Source: Fidelibacterota bacterium | GTDB lineage: Bacteria; Fidelibacterota; UBA8477 | Length of the DNA: 64,000 bases | NCBI GenBank assembly: GCA_021734065.1 | Contig: JAIPJQ010000002.1 | Location: 2,136-66,135 of the forward strand | Reading direction: 5' to 3' | Shown: positions 1 through 8,792 of the stretch, one piece after another | Position numbering within the stretch: the stretch's first letter is position 1 | How the letters are laid out: each line of letters starts with the position of its first letter | Position numbers and translations under genes: made by a program | The notes under the pieces: model-generated | The model's database searches: none | Told to the model about the DNA's origin: nothing | Seen by the model: only the letters and a program-made list of their open reading frames with translations

Positions 1-447
1 GGGTTCCAGCCCGGTCAATCCGGTATCCTTCAGCGCTTTTTCAAGATTGGCCAGAAAACGCGGCATCCGCGGACCATTGGCCATGGCGTCAATTCCCCGC
101 TTGTTCTTTATTTTCAAACCCGGTAAGCCGATTCCAATGATGACCTGGCTCTCCTGGTCATCATTGGGCAGGACAGCCTGAATCGCCCGCTGGAACGTGT
201 CAATAATGGCCTTTTCCTGCTTCTTTTCAGTCCCAGTTTGTTCAACTGCACCCTTTTCACGCTGGGATAGCTGTTTTTTCAGTGGAACCGGTTTGAAACC
301 AGACTTGTAATGATTCGAGGTATCGTAATTCACCTCCACGCACGGTTTTACTGTTGAAAACCGAATGGGATCAGTATGGACCATCACCCGGTTTACCAGC
401 ACTTTCGATGCGCCACCGTCAATGCCGAGTAGTATAAAATCTGTCAT
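1..447 (-). CDS. ROK/ASKHA-family sugar kinase-like protein (5' part; runs off the window edge)
   Basis: Not in the ORF track. Manual translation from ATG at 447 gives MTDFILLGIDGGASKVLV...VIIGIGLPGLK...AMANGPRM, open to position 1. GIDGGxSK and GIGLPG are ASKHA/ROK motifs. Starts 2 nt after the GT2 stop. Confidence 0.7.
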   Translation of the reverse strand, partial: MTDFILLGIDGGASKVLVNRVMVHTDPIRFSTVKPCVEVNYDTSNHYKSGFKPVPLKKQLSQREKGAVEQTGTEKKQEKAIIDTFQRAIQAVLPNDDQESQVIIGIGLPGLKIKNKRGIDAMANGPRMPRFLANLEKALKDTGLTGLEP

Positions 448-449
448 TC

Positions 450-1916
450 TCAACCTACTCCGTTCATTTGTTTTCGTCGTTCCAATGCTTCCAATCGCAT
501 CCAGTCTTTGGCATTGTTATTCCGGTCAACTGTCTGCTGATCAATGCTGTGATCCGTTCCACCGGAATGCCGTACCACTTTGTACACCGGATCCCACACC
601 CGGCCAATACGATGATGTTCGCTCATTCGCAATACAAAATGATAGTCTTCACCGTAATTACGGGCATACGGCGAGGTATTCATGTCCAATAATCCCAGAT
701 CCCTGGCAGCATCCACATAGAATGAACGCGGTGCTCCCGCGCCATTGATGCGCAGCAGATTGTTCCGGCCATTCTCATCGGTCCATTCGCCGTGGGTCAC
801 AACCGGAATACTATCCATGCGCACCAATTCACCCGAGGATTTTAACTCCCAGACCTCGTAAGAACCGATTACCATACCGATTTTGGGGTCCTCTTTATAA
901 ACCTTCACAATTTTTTCCACAGCGTCCGGCATTAACTGGTCATCCGAGTCCAACTGTATATAAAATTTGCCCTTTGCCGCTTCCAAACCACTGTTGAGGC
1001 AAAAACCGATATTGTTTATGTCGTGTACGATCAGGGTCACCGGTGGTTTTTCCGGGTCGTATTTCTCGCCACCCGGCAGATATGCCTGCACTGCGGGAAC
1101 AGTGGGATCGTTCTCACCACCATTCACCACGACGATGACTTCGACCTCCTTCACCGTCTGTTTAAACACCGACTCAATGGCCATTCCGATGAATTTGGGA
1201 CGGCTATTGACCGGGATGATCACTGAAGCGGTCAACGCATAGTCTTTGTCATAATAGGGAACTTTTGTATAGTGTTGGCCGGGTTCCAGATAGGCACCGA
1301 TTCGCTGCAAATACCGGCTCAGCACCCGCTCCCGCTCCAACTGCAATTCCTTGTCCGCCAAGAGGTAGGCAAAGACATTCTGGGTGTCGGCCAATTTCGT
1401 AACCGTATAAAGAGCACCGGCATATCGATTGGCGATATGCACCAACCGCCCTGCCTCACTCAGCCGCAACCGCAATTCATACAGCAGGCTCCGCTGGTTA
1501 TCCGCATCCAGAGGCATCACATCTCCCAGCTTTTCACGATTCAGCAGCCACACGAAGCCATAATCGGTGTCATCCCGCAACCGGCCGGCATGATGATCCA
1601 GTAAATGCGTTTCCTGTAATTCACCGTCAGCCACAATTTCATAATCCGAATAGATCATGGCCCAGTCCGGTTCTGTTTGAGACACCAGGCGCAGGAGATC
1701 CGGCGCACTCTTCTTCAGGGAAATGACATATTGAGACGCATCAATTACCAGCACGGTTTCCGACTTTGTTTGTTGAAATGCGTCAGATAGTTCCGCGCCA
1801 TTAATGTCACCCAGTTCCCGGGTGACCACCAGGTGTCCTTCAAGCTGCTTTAATAAGGGTTGTACATCTACCTTTGAAGTGTTTGTTAGTAGAACCACAT
1901 CCAGTTGGTTTGCCAT
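450..1916 (-). CDS. Glycosyltransferase family 2 protein (degenerate N-terminal GT-A-like domain plus C-terminal GT2 domain)
   Basis: ASVIIPV, YIQLDSDD (DxD) and YGEDY motifs. Start moved to ATG 1916, which has an AAGGAA RBS. Confidence 0.85.
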   Translation of the reverse strand: MANQLDVVLLTNTSKVDVQPLLKQLEGHLVVTRELGDINGAELSDAFQQTKSETVLVIDASQYVISLKKSAPDLLRLVSQTEPDWAMIYSDYEIVADGELQETHLLDHHAGRLRDDTDYGFVWLLNREKLGDVMPLDADNQRSLLYELRLRLSEAGRLVHIANRYAGALYTVTKLADTQNVFAYLLADKELQLERERVLSRYLQRIGAYLEPGQHYTKVPYYDKDYALTASVIIPVNSRPKFIGMAIESVFKQTVKEVEVIVVVNGGENDPTVPAVQAYLPGGEKYDPEKPPVTLIVHDINNIGFCLNSGLEAAKGKFYIQLDSDDQLMPDAVEKIVKVYKEDPKIGMVIGSYEVWELKSSGELVRMDSIPVVTHGEWTDENGRNNLLRINGAGAPRSFYVDAARDLGLLDMNTSPYARNYGEDYHFVLRMSEHHRIGRVWDPVYKVVRHSGGTDHSIDQQTVDRNNNAKDWMRLEALERRKQMNGVG

Positions 1917-2078
1917 GAGCAATTGTTCCTTTCGCTATATTATCAGCATCATTTTCATTTTCGAAGAACCACAAATCCTGAACGACAATAGGGTAGTTTT
2001 TCAGGTCGTTCACACAACAAAAATTGTTTGCTAAACATCAATGATTTGTAGGTTTGTAAATCAATTTTTACCAAATAT

Positions 2079-3164
2079 CTATTCATCATCATAAACGCGC
2101 TCTACTCTGGGAGAAATACCGCAACATATTTCATAAGGAATCGTTCCCAGGCGCTGACTTACAACAGCAACAGCGGTATTTTTATTTTTTCCACCCAGGA
2201 CCGTGAAATATTGACCCGGCTTCACATCCGTCTCACCCAGATCGATCATGATATGGTCCATGGTAACGGTTCCCACCACCGGGAATTCATACCCTTCACA
2301 GGTTACCAGTCCACGATTGGACAGGGCTCTGCGATACCCATCCGCGTAGCCGATGCGCAGGGTACCAAGGCGCGATTTTGTGCTGGTCCGCCAAGTCTCG
2401 CCATAACTCACCGGCTCTCCTGCTGACAGGATTGATTGGCGAACCAAGGGCGCGGTTACCGTCATTACCGGTTTTAGGTCAGCTAAAAATTTTTGCTCCG
2501 GTGTGGTATCGTAACCGTAGAGTCCGATACCGAGTCGAATGGCATCATAGGACAGTTCCGGATGGGTGAGAATGCCAGCGGAATTAGACAAATGTTTGAG
2601 ACCCTCAAACCCTTTTTCGTTTAGGCGGTCGCAGAGTTGGTTAAAGGTGTGTTTTTGTTTCAATACTGATACTTCGTTCGGTGTATCCGCTGAAGAGAGA
2701 TGGGAATACACGCCGGTGATATTCAAATATCTGGAGGTGTGCTTTAAAACTGCCAAAACTTCGTCCGGAGCCAAGCCCAGCCGATTCATACCGGTATTCA
2801 CATTCAGATGTACGGAAATGGGACGGGTAGCCGCTCGGTCCAGTTGAACATAGTCTTCCCAACTGGTGATGGTACCGATAGCTCGCGGTGGTAAATCATT
2901 CAGTTCATGAGGAAATATTCGTGAGAAAACCAGAATATCCACATCCGGATACACTCGGGCCACTTCCTGCGATTCCTCCAGGGTCGCCACAGCAACAAGA
3001 GGAATCTCAAAATCCTCCCGCAAAATCTTCATAACGGGAATTGCCCCGTGACCATAAGCATTGGCTTTCACAACCGGTATGATCAAGGCTGAATGACTTC
3101 GGATTTTGAATCGGGAATAGTTATGGATTAAGGCGTCTGCCGAAATGTGACACAGGGCTCTCAC
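2079..3164 (-). CDS. alr: Alanine racemase
   Basis: PLP-lysine motif VVKANAYGHG, plus NTGMNRLG, GYADG, GTVTMD and GTIPYEI. Confidence 0.95.
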   Translation of the reverse strand: MRALCHISADALIHNYSRFKIRSHSALIIPVVKANAYGHGAIPVMKILREDFEIPLVAVATLEESQEVARVYPDVDILVFSRIFPHELNDLPPRAIGTITSWEDYVQLDRAATRPISVHLNVNTGMNRLGLAPDEVLAVLKHTSRYLNITGVYSHLSSADTPNEVSVLKQKHTFNQLCDRLNEKGFEGLKHLSNSAGILTHPELSYDAIRLGIGLYGYDTTPEQKFLADLKPVMTVTAPLVRQSILSAGEPVSYGETWRTSTKSRLGTLRIGYADGYRRALSNRGLVTCEGYEFPVVGTVTMDHIMIDLGETDVKPGQYFTVLGGKNKNTAVAVVSQRLGTIPYEICCGISPRVERVYDDE

Positions 3165-3209
3165 GCGCAGCCCCGCTGAAGGGTATTAAAGAAACCAAGT
3201 CCGTACATT

Positions 3210-3318
3210 AAAAAAACCCGTCCTTTCCTGCTGCTTACCTCTACTCCTGCCTTATTGCAGCGTCGTGCAACGACCGTTTGTCGTTGGAGGTAAATCCGCT
3301 TGTTTAAATTGGGACGGG
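3210..3318. ncRNA. Candidate structured non-coding RNA of about 100 nt, family unknown (6S-like or cis-regulatory)
   Basis: Nested inverted repeats: CCCGTCC(3217)/GGACGGG(3312), TTACCTC/GAGGTAA, CTGC/GCAG and CAACGAC/GTCGTTG. A U7 tract follows it on the minus strand. Confidence 0.5.
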
Positions 3319-3321
3319 CGT

Positions 3322-3357
3322 AAAAAAAAGGGACGCATGTTTGCGCATGCGCCCCTT
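3322..3357 (-). terminator. Rho-independent terminator of hup
   Basis: Minus strand reads GGGGCGCATG-CGCAAA-CATGCGTCCC followed by T8, just after the hup stop. Confidence 0.85.
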
Positions 3358-3369
3358 GTGTAGCTCTGC

Positions 3370-3645
3370 TTACTTGTTGACGGCAGCTTTCAAAGCCTTG
3401 CCGGCTTTGAAACGGGGAACCGTGCTGGCCGGAACATTGATGCTGGCACCCGTACGGGGGTTGCGAGCTGTACGAGCTTTACGATCGGAAGCTTCAAATG
3501 TACCAAAGCCTACCAATGTGAGCTTGTCTTTTTTCTTCAATGTTGTGGTCACAGCGTCGGTGAAAGCGCCCAGGGCACGTTCGGCCTGTGCTTTACTAAT
3601 CCCAGCGTCAGCAGCTATCTGCGCTACTAATTCCTGTTTCTTCAT
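3370..3645 (-). CDS. hup: Histone-like DNA-binding protein HU
   Basis: 91 aa with LVGFGTF...RKARTARNPRTG...PRFKAGKALK. GAGGA RBS. Confidence 0.97.
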   Translation of the reverse strand: MKKQELVAQIAADAGISKAQAERALGAFTDAVTTTLKKKDKLTLVGFGTFEASDRKARTARNPRTGASINVPASTVPRFKAGKALKAAVNK

Positions 3646-3786
3646 AAGTTATCCTCCTCTTTAAAGGTGTTGCCTGTTTCCCTGATTTATGCCAGCCAAA
3701 AAGGAATGAGCCAGTATGAGGTTTCCCTCCCTTTAAGCTGCCCTTTCAATGCAATTCCTAGGCTATGAGAGCATTGATTTTGATGC

Positions 3787-3814
3787 AAGTTAAGGGAATT
3801 ACATATAAAGTCAA
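3787..3814 (-). promoter_or_regulatory. Putative sigma70 promoter for hup
   Basis: TTGACT-N16-TAACTT on the minus strand, about 140 nt upstream of the hup start. Confidence 0.35.
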
Positions 3815-3822
3815 GATATATA

Positions 3823-4311
3823 TTAACCCTTACTCCGCTTGGGTTTGCGGGCATTTTCCAGCTCTCTAAGACGCGTTTTTAACGCGCCAAAACTATCAAA
3901 TATTTCAGTAACACATCCCAGAATCCAGGATGAAATTTTCTCACGGGGAATCTCACTCACCAGATACACCGGAATGTTGTGATAAAAAGCCAGTGTCAGT
4001 TCCCCCTGCGTTCCACCGCCGGCCATTACATATTCATCCCACTTGCAAATCATATAATCCGTGTGAAATAAAATATACTTAAGGTCTTGTTTTATAATAC
4101 GATGCATGACTTCCTGGAAGCGCGGGAAATCGGCATTTTTCCACTGTCGAAATTCCTTCTGCTCCCTTGCGGTTAATACACTGAACTCGTGATGAGTGGG
4201 ATCGTGAACCGTATGGTGCAGCTCATTTTCTAAATACGGACGCAGGCTCTCACGCCATTCCCGACCACCATCCGGGGCTGCTTCCATGGCACCAGCCAGA
4301 TAGACGTTCAT
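3823..4311 (-). CDS. Nucleoside 2-deoxyribosyltransferase-like (flavodoxin-fold N-glycosidase) protein
   Basis: VYLAGAME...WR...DP...D...GGTQGE...AF...IPVY pattern of the NDT/DUF4406-like superfamily. Confidence 0.65.
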   Translation of the reverse strand: MNVYLAGAMEAAPDGGREWRESLRPYLENELHHTVHDPTHHEFSVLTAREQKEFRQWKNADFPRFQEVMHRIIKQDLKYILFHTDYMICKWDEYVMAGGGTQGELTLAFYHNIPVYLVSEIPREKISSWILGCVTEIFDSFGALKTRLRELENARKPKRSKG

Positions 4312-5066
4312 GCCCTGCCTCGGTTGTCGGTAAGCAAATGAACGACACCCACCAACAGCGCAGTCTCAATAAAAGCGATGATTAAAAAAAGATTTTCAAT
4401 GGTACCACGCAGGAACCCGGACTGGGCACCGGCAACCAACGTATGGGTGGGTAGCCAGTACACCAGGGATTCAAAAACCGGCGAATAGCCGGAAATCTCC
4501 CATCCAAGTCCGGAAACCAGAAAAATGGGGAAGATGAAAAAAGTAACCAGACGTCCCAGCAACGGTCCCGGTGGTGTGTACATACCGGCTAAATGCCCCC
4601 AGGCGGCGAATTGAATGGCGGTGAGGAGCATAAAGACCAAAAATGCCTGAATATTGACGTGAATACCGGATGTGCCAGCCAAGAAGATGGTAATGAGCAG
4701 AATGATAATGCCATGCACCAATCCCTTGGTAGCACCCAAGGTGAGTTCTGCCAGCAGTAAACCGGGTTTATTGGGGAAGGCACCCATCAAAATCACCTCG
4801 TCCCACTGCCGATTTCTTCGATTTGTCACATGAAACCAAGCGAGAGAATCAAACGCTGTCAATGCAATGGTGAGAAGAACCAGGCCGGGAATCAGATATG
4901 CCAGATACGGGATGCCATCCATAGTACCCACTATCGCTTGAAACCCTAAACCGAAAAATAGAAAAAAGAGGATGGGTAATAAGAGATTCAGAATCCCTTC
5001 ACTCACCAGATTTCGCCGGTATAATGTGAGCTCCCGCCACCATAACGCCCGAAACGCATTATTCAT
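4308..5066 (-). CDS. ABC-2 type exporter permease
   Basis: About 6 TM segments, YLAYLIPGL and PIFLVSG motifs. Start reassigned to ATG 5066, overlapping the ATPase stop. Confidence 0.85.
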   Translation of the reverse strand: MNNAFRALWWRELTLYRRNLVSEGILNLLLPILFFLFFGLGFQAIVGTMDGIPYLAYLIPGLVLLTIALTAFDSLAWFHVTNRRNRQWDEVILMGAFPNKPGLLLAELTLGATKGLVHGIIILLITIFLAGTSGIHVNIQAFLVFMLLTAIQFAAWGHLAGMYTPPGPLLGRLVTFFIFPIFLVSGLGWEISGYSPVFESLVYWLPTHTLVAGAQSGFLRGTIENLFLIIAFIETALLVGVVHLLTDNRGRA

Positions 5067-5991
5067 TGATGATTTGCTCCTGCGACAAGGTGTGGATGAA
5101 TGCATCGGCTAGCCGGGTCTTTTTGGGCATGAAGGAAATAATATTTTCTGCATCAAAAAGTTGAAGGATTTTACTGGGACTCGTCTGATACCGGGTGACA
5201 ATGGCGTACACATTTTCGTGGCGTGAGAAATCCAGAACCAACTCAGATTTTGTCAATTTCTGATACTCAGCTTCGTTAATTTCGTTTACGCGAGCTTCCA
5301 GGACCTGATTGGGTTGCTGGGCATGCAATACCGCTTCCACAGACCCGTCTACCAGAATATGGCCATGATCCATGATGATTAACCGGTCAGCTACATGTTC
5401 CACCTCGGCCATACTACTGGTGATCATGACAATCGTGAGTCGGGATCGTTGCTCCCGTAGATATTCCCATATGGCCAATGCAGTCTGACGATCCATGGAA
5501 CGGGTCGGCTCATCCAGCAGAAGAATCGACGGGTGCGTCAGCAAGGTACGCATTAGTTGAATCTTACGCTTTATGCCATATGCCAGACCATCTGGAAGCT
5601 GGTGCAATCCGTCCATCAGATTGAATCGCTCTGCGAGCCCTAAAATCCGAGCTTCGGCTTCCTCATCCGAAATACCATGCAATCGGCTATGAAATACGAA
5701 ATTCTCCAACACCGTGAGCTGTTCATCCAAAACAACCTGTTGCCCCATATAACCAATCTGCTGACGGATCTGAATGGGACGGGCGGTAAGATTTTGCCCG
5801 TTCACATATCCGGAACCCTGGGAGGGACGAACCATTGTGGCCATGATTTTGAGGAGAGTGCTTTTCCCGCTACCCGAGGGTCCCACGATGGAAAAAATGG
5901 TCCCATGCTCCACACCGAATGACAGATTATTCACAGCGGTAACCGGACCAAATTTTTTCGTGATATTTCGAAGGGTGATTGAAACTGCCAT
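5059..5991 (-). CDS. ABC-2 exporter ATP-binding protein (DrrA/NodI-like) with degenerate signature and H-loop
   Basis: Walker A GPSGSGKST and Walker B LLLDEPT. Signature reads LAYGIKRK and the H-loop reads ITSSM. Confidence 0.85.
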   Translation of the reverse strand: MAVSITLRNITKKFGPVTAVNNLSFGVEHGTIFSIVGPSGSGKSTLLKIMATMVRPSQGSGYVNGQNLTARPIQIRQQIGYMGQQVVLDEQLTVLENFVFHSRLHGISDEEAEARILGLAERFNLMDGLHQLPDGLAYGIKRKIQLMRTLLTHPSILLLDEPTRSMDRQTALAIWEYLREQRSRLTIVMITSSMAEVEHVADRLIIMDHGHILVDGSVEAVLHAQQPNQVLEARVNEINEAEYQKLTKSELVLDFSRHENVYAIVTRYQTSPSKILQLFDAENIISFMPKKTRLADAFIHTLSQEQIINE

Positions 5992-6026
5992 ACCCGCTTG
6001 CCTACTCCCTCAACTGCCAATGACCA

Positions 6027-7055
6027 CTACGCCGGGTCTGAAGTTGACTCAACTTCCGCATCAATTTTTATGCCTAATTCATCAAATGCCACCCAACAAC
6101 GAGTACTCAAACCATTTTCTTGGTCATACGTCATCAGGGGCGGCTCAGCATGCTTACAACGCTCCTCCGCCACGGGACAGCGGGGATGAAATTTACAGCC
6201 TTCCGGAAACTCGGTCGGTACGGGAACAACGCCCTCGATAACTGCGAGACGACTAACCTTTTTCCTGGGATTGGGTATGGATTTTAACAACCCCTGGGTG
6301 TAGGGATGTTTGGGTGATTTAAAAATCGTCCGGATGTCGCCCTCTTCCACGATTTTCCCGGCGTACATAACAATAACCCGCTTGGTCACTTCTGCTATCA
6401 CACCCAGGTCGTGGGTGATGATAATCATCGACATATTGAATTGCTTCTGCAGGCCGGCTATTAATTTCAAAATCTGCGCCTGCACCGTTACATCCAATGC
6501 CGTGGTGGGCTCATCCGCAATCAGCAGTTTTGGGTTACAGGACAATGCCATGGCGATCATGACCCGCTGACGCATACCGCCGGACAACTGGTGGGGATAC
6601 TCATCAATTCGCTGCTCCGGCGCCGGGATTCCCACCAGTTTTAACATTTCAATGGCTCGTTTTTTCGCTTCGGTTTTATCAACATGTTGATGCAACCGAA
6701 TCGCTTCCATGATTTGATCACCACAGGTAAAAACCGGATTCAGCGAGGTCATGGGCTCCTGGAAAATCATGGAAATTTCATTTCCCCGGATCCGGCGCAT
6801 TCTCTCTTCCGGCAATGCGCGCACATCTATACCATCAAAAGTGATTTCTCCGCTGACGATCTCACCCGGTGGAATGGGGATTAGCCGCATGACCGACAGA
6901 GCGGTGACTGATTTACCGCAACCTGATTCCCCTACGATTCCCAATGTTTCACCCTTATCCACATGGAATGTCACATCATCCACCGCTTTGGCCAGTCCCT
7001 CTTCGGTGGAGAAAAAGGTCCTCAGGTTTTTTACATCCAGTAATCGTTCAGCCAA
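6027..7055 (-). CDS. oppD: Oligopeptide/dipeptide ABC transporter ATP-binding subunit
   Basis: [38 protein letters not shown] and a C-terminal Cys-rich motif (GCKFHPRC...C...C). Confidence 0.93.
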   Translation of the reverse strand: MAERLLDVKNLRTFFSTEEGLAKAVDDVTFHVDKGETLGIVGESGCGKSVTALSVMRLIPIPPGEIVSGEITFDGIDVRALPEERMRRIRGNEISMIFQEPMTSLNPVFTCGDQIMEAIRLHQHVDKTEAKKRAIEMLKLVGIPAPEQRIDEYPHQLSGGMRQRVMIAMALSCNPKLLIADEPTTALDVTVQAQILKLIAGLQKQFNMSMIIITHDLGVIAEVTKRVIVMYAGKIVEEGDIRTIFKSPKHPYTQGLLKSIPNPRKKVSRLAVIEGVVPVPTEFPEGCKFHPRCPVAEERCKHAEPPLMTYDQENGLSTRCWVAFDELGIKIDAEVESTSDPA

Positions 7056-7096
7056 AATGACTCCTTTATTCGGTCAGCTTCCCCGCCTCACGACGA

Positions 7097-7921
7097 TTAA
7101 GCCCTTTCTGTCTGCTTGCCCCGTTCCCGGAATGCCTGTACACCCAGGAGAATCACGATAACGGCCAGCAACCAATAGGTCGCGTGATGATATTCAGAGC
7201 CACTGAACTGGATCAGATCGTAAAAGCGTCCAATGAGCAGAGAAATTCGTCCCATCACGGCAAATCCAAAGGCCGCACCAAAGGAGATCATGAGGAACCA
7301 GATTCCCACGCGACTGATTTTCCCGAACATCCCCGTGTGTTCTTTGGAAAAGAAAAAGTAAAACAAACCGGTAAGCGTGCCAATGATGATGAGAATGGAG
7401 TTAATAGCCGTACCCCAGCCGTCGAACAGCGGCAGTGCTGATCCCCGGACCTGGGCCAGAATATTGGAATTCAGGAATCCGTACAACCGGAGCCCGGCGG
7501 CCAGACCCACTACATACGCCATGGACCAGCGCGCCAGCCAACCCAGTTTGCGGGAAAGCCGGAACAGCATGAAAATCCCAAGGATAAATGGAACCATATA
7601 GACCAGATTCATTTCATGACCTTTGTCGATTCCACCCTCCGGGAAAATTCCACTGTGGAACCAACCGAAAAAGTCGTAGATACCATACCAGGCGGCCCTT
7701 AATCCACCCATTTCTCCATCCACTTTCGGCCACAAACGCCCAAACAAATTGGGCTGGATCTGCGTCCAGAAAAATGTACTGGCCCAGTACCCGGCCGAAA
7801 CACCCACAAACAGGTGTTCAGCGGCTTTATAAAATGGATTGTCTTTATAGAGAAAACTGAAAATTGCCAGGGTCAGGAAGACCGCGAACCAGGCACCAAT
7901 AATTTCTGTTGTAAACAACAT
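7097..7921 (-). CDS. Uncharacterised polytopic membrane protein (GlmL-like cassette)
   Basis: About 7 hydrophobic segments, with motifs LTLAIFSFLYKDNPFYKAAEHLFVGVSAGY and MISFGAAFG...MGRISLLIGR. AGGAGG RBS. Confidence 0.85.
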   Translation of the reverse strand: MLFTTEIIGAWFAVFLTLAIFSFLYKDNPFYKAAEHLFVGVSAGYWASTFFWTQIQPNLFGRLWPKVDGEMGGLRAAWYGIYDFFGWFHSGIFPEGGIDKGHEMNLVYMVPFILGIFMLFRLSRKLGWLARWSMAYVVGLAAGLRLYGFLNSNILAQVRGSALPLFDGWGTAINSILIIIGTLTGLFYFFFSKEHTGMFGKISRVGIWFLMISFGAAFGFAVMGRISLLIGRFYDLIQFSGSEYHHATYWLLAVIVILLGVQAFRERGKQTERA

Positions 7922-7936
7922 GCTCGATCCTCCTGA

Positions 7937-8788
7937 TTAATATTTCTTCTGAGAGCGTTTGCGTTCCAGGAAATAGGTAATATTCCCGAAAATAATGAAC
8001 AGCACGATCACCAGATGCGCGATGGACTGGGCATCCATTCCCGAGATTCCCAACCCTGGTTTCCCCACCAACGCTTCATATTCCGCGGCGCCCGGCATGC
8101 CCGCGATAACACCCCGCAACTGGCCTGCATTTTCATAAGGAATAATTTCATTCACCTGAATGGAAGCCGTACCAGTGGTCATGGGCACACCCGTGGGATC
8201 ACTGCCATACTGGACCCATTCCACGGTACCGGGATATCCGGCGGAAAAGCTGAATATCAGGTTAAAATCCTTGAGACTATACACACCTGCCATCATGGGA
8301 ATGGAATCCACCAGTGTATTTTGATAATCCACAGTGTAGAGCTTGCGCAAATTGCTGGCAATGCCCTTCACTACCGCCTCATTCCCGGGACGGAATCCCA
8401 ACAGCACATAATCTTCACCATAAACCGTATCGTACAGCGGCGCAATGGCGTTGAGTGCGTCAATTGCCATGAACTGACCATCGGGCCAGAGACAAACCAC
8501 GTAGACCTTGATACCTTTCAAAAAGGCATGGTGCAACACCGCTTCGGCCATGGGGTGAATTTCCGGTTTTGTACTGGGGCCGTATTCAAATGACATTAAC
8601 AACCGGTCACCCGCCTGCAATGAATCAACCGCATTGAATGAGCGTTGCGTCGTCTCCGTCGCCCGAATGGGTAAGCCCAAGGGTTTGAGAAGCGGAATGA
8701 GCACCACAATAGCGATGAGCAGGAAAATGACCCGGCGATCCACTTTCCCCAGTTTAATCAGAATTGTAATGAATTTATTTTTATCCAT
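7937..8788 (-). CDS. Uncharacterised membrane protein (TM, alpha/beta domain, TM), GlmL-like cassette
   Basis: N-terminal TM after DRRVIF, a soluble domain (EYGPSTKPEIHPM...GAAEYE) and a C-terminal TM after GMDAQS. Start reassigned to ATG 8788, just after the upstream stop at 8793. Confidence 0.85.
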   Translation of the reverse strand: MDKNKFITILIKLGKVDRRVIFLLIAIVVLIPLLKPLGLPIRATETTQRSFNAVDSLQAGDRLLMSFEYGPSTKPEIHPMAEAVLHHAFLKGIKVYVVCLWPDGQFMAIDALNAIAPLYDTVYGEDYVLLGFRPGNEAVVKGIASNLRKLYTVDYQNTLVDSIPMMAGVYSLKDFNLIFSFSAGYPGTVEWVQYGSDPTGVPMTTGTASIQVNEIIPYENAGQLRGVIAGMPGAAEYEALVGKPGLGISGMDAQSIAHLVIVLFIIFGNITYFLERKRSQKKY

Positions 8789-8792
8789 GGTC

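Noticed and set aside
3217-3318. tRNA or second SRP RNA interpretation of the structured element
   Set aside because: It has no TTCGA T-loop or cloverleaf geometry, and lacks the SRP helix 8 CAGG-GNRA-AGCAG arrangement. The true ffs is at about 29.7 kb.
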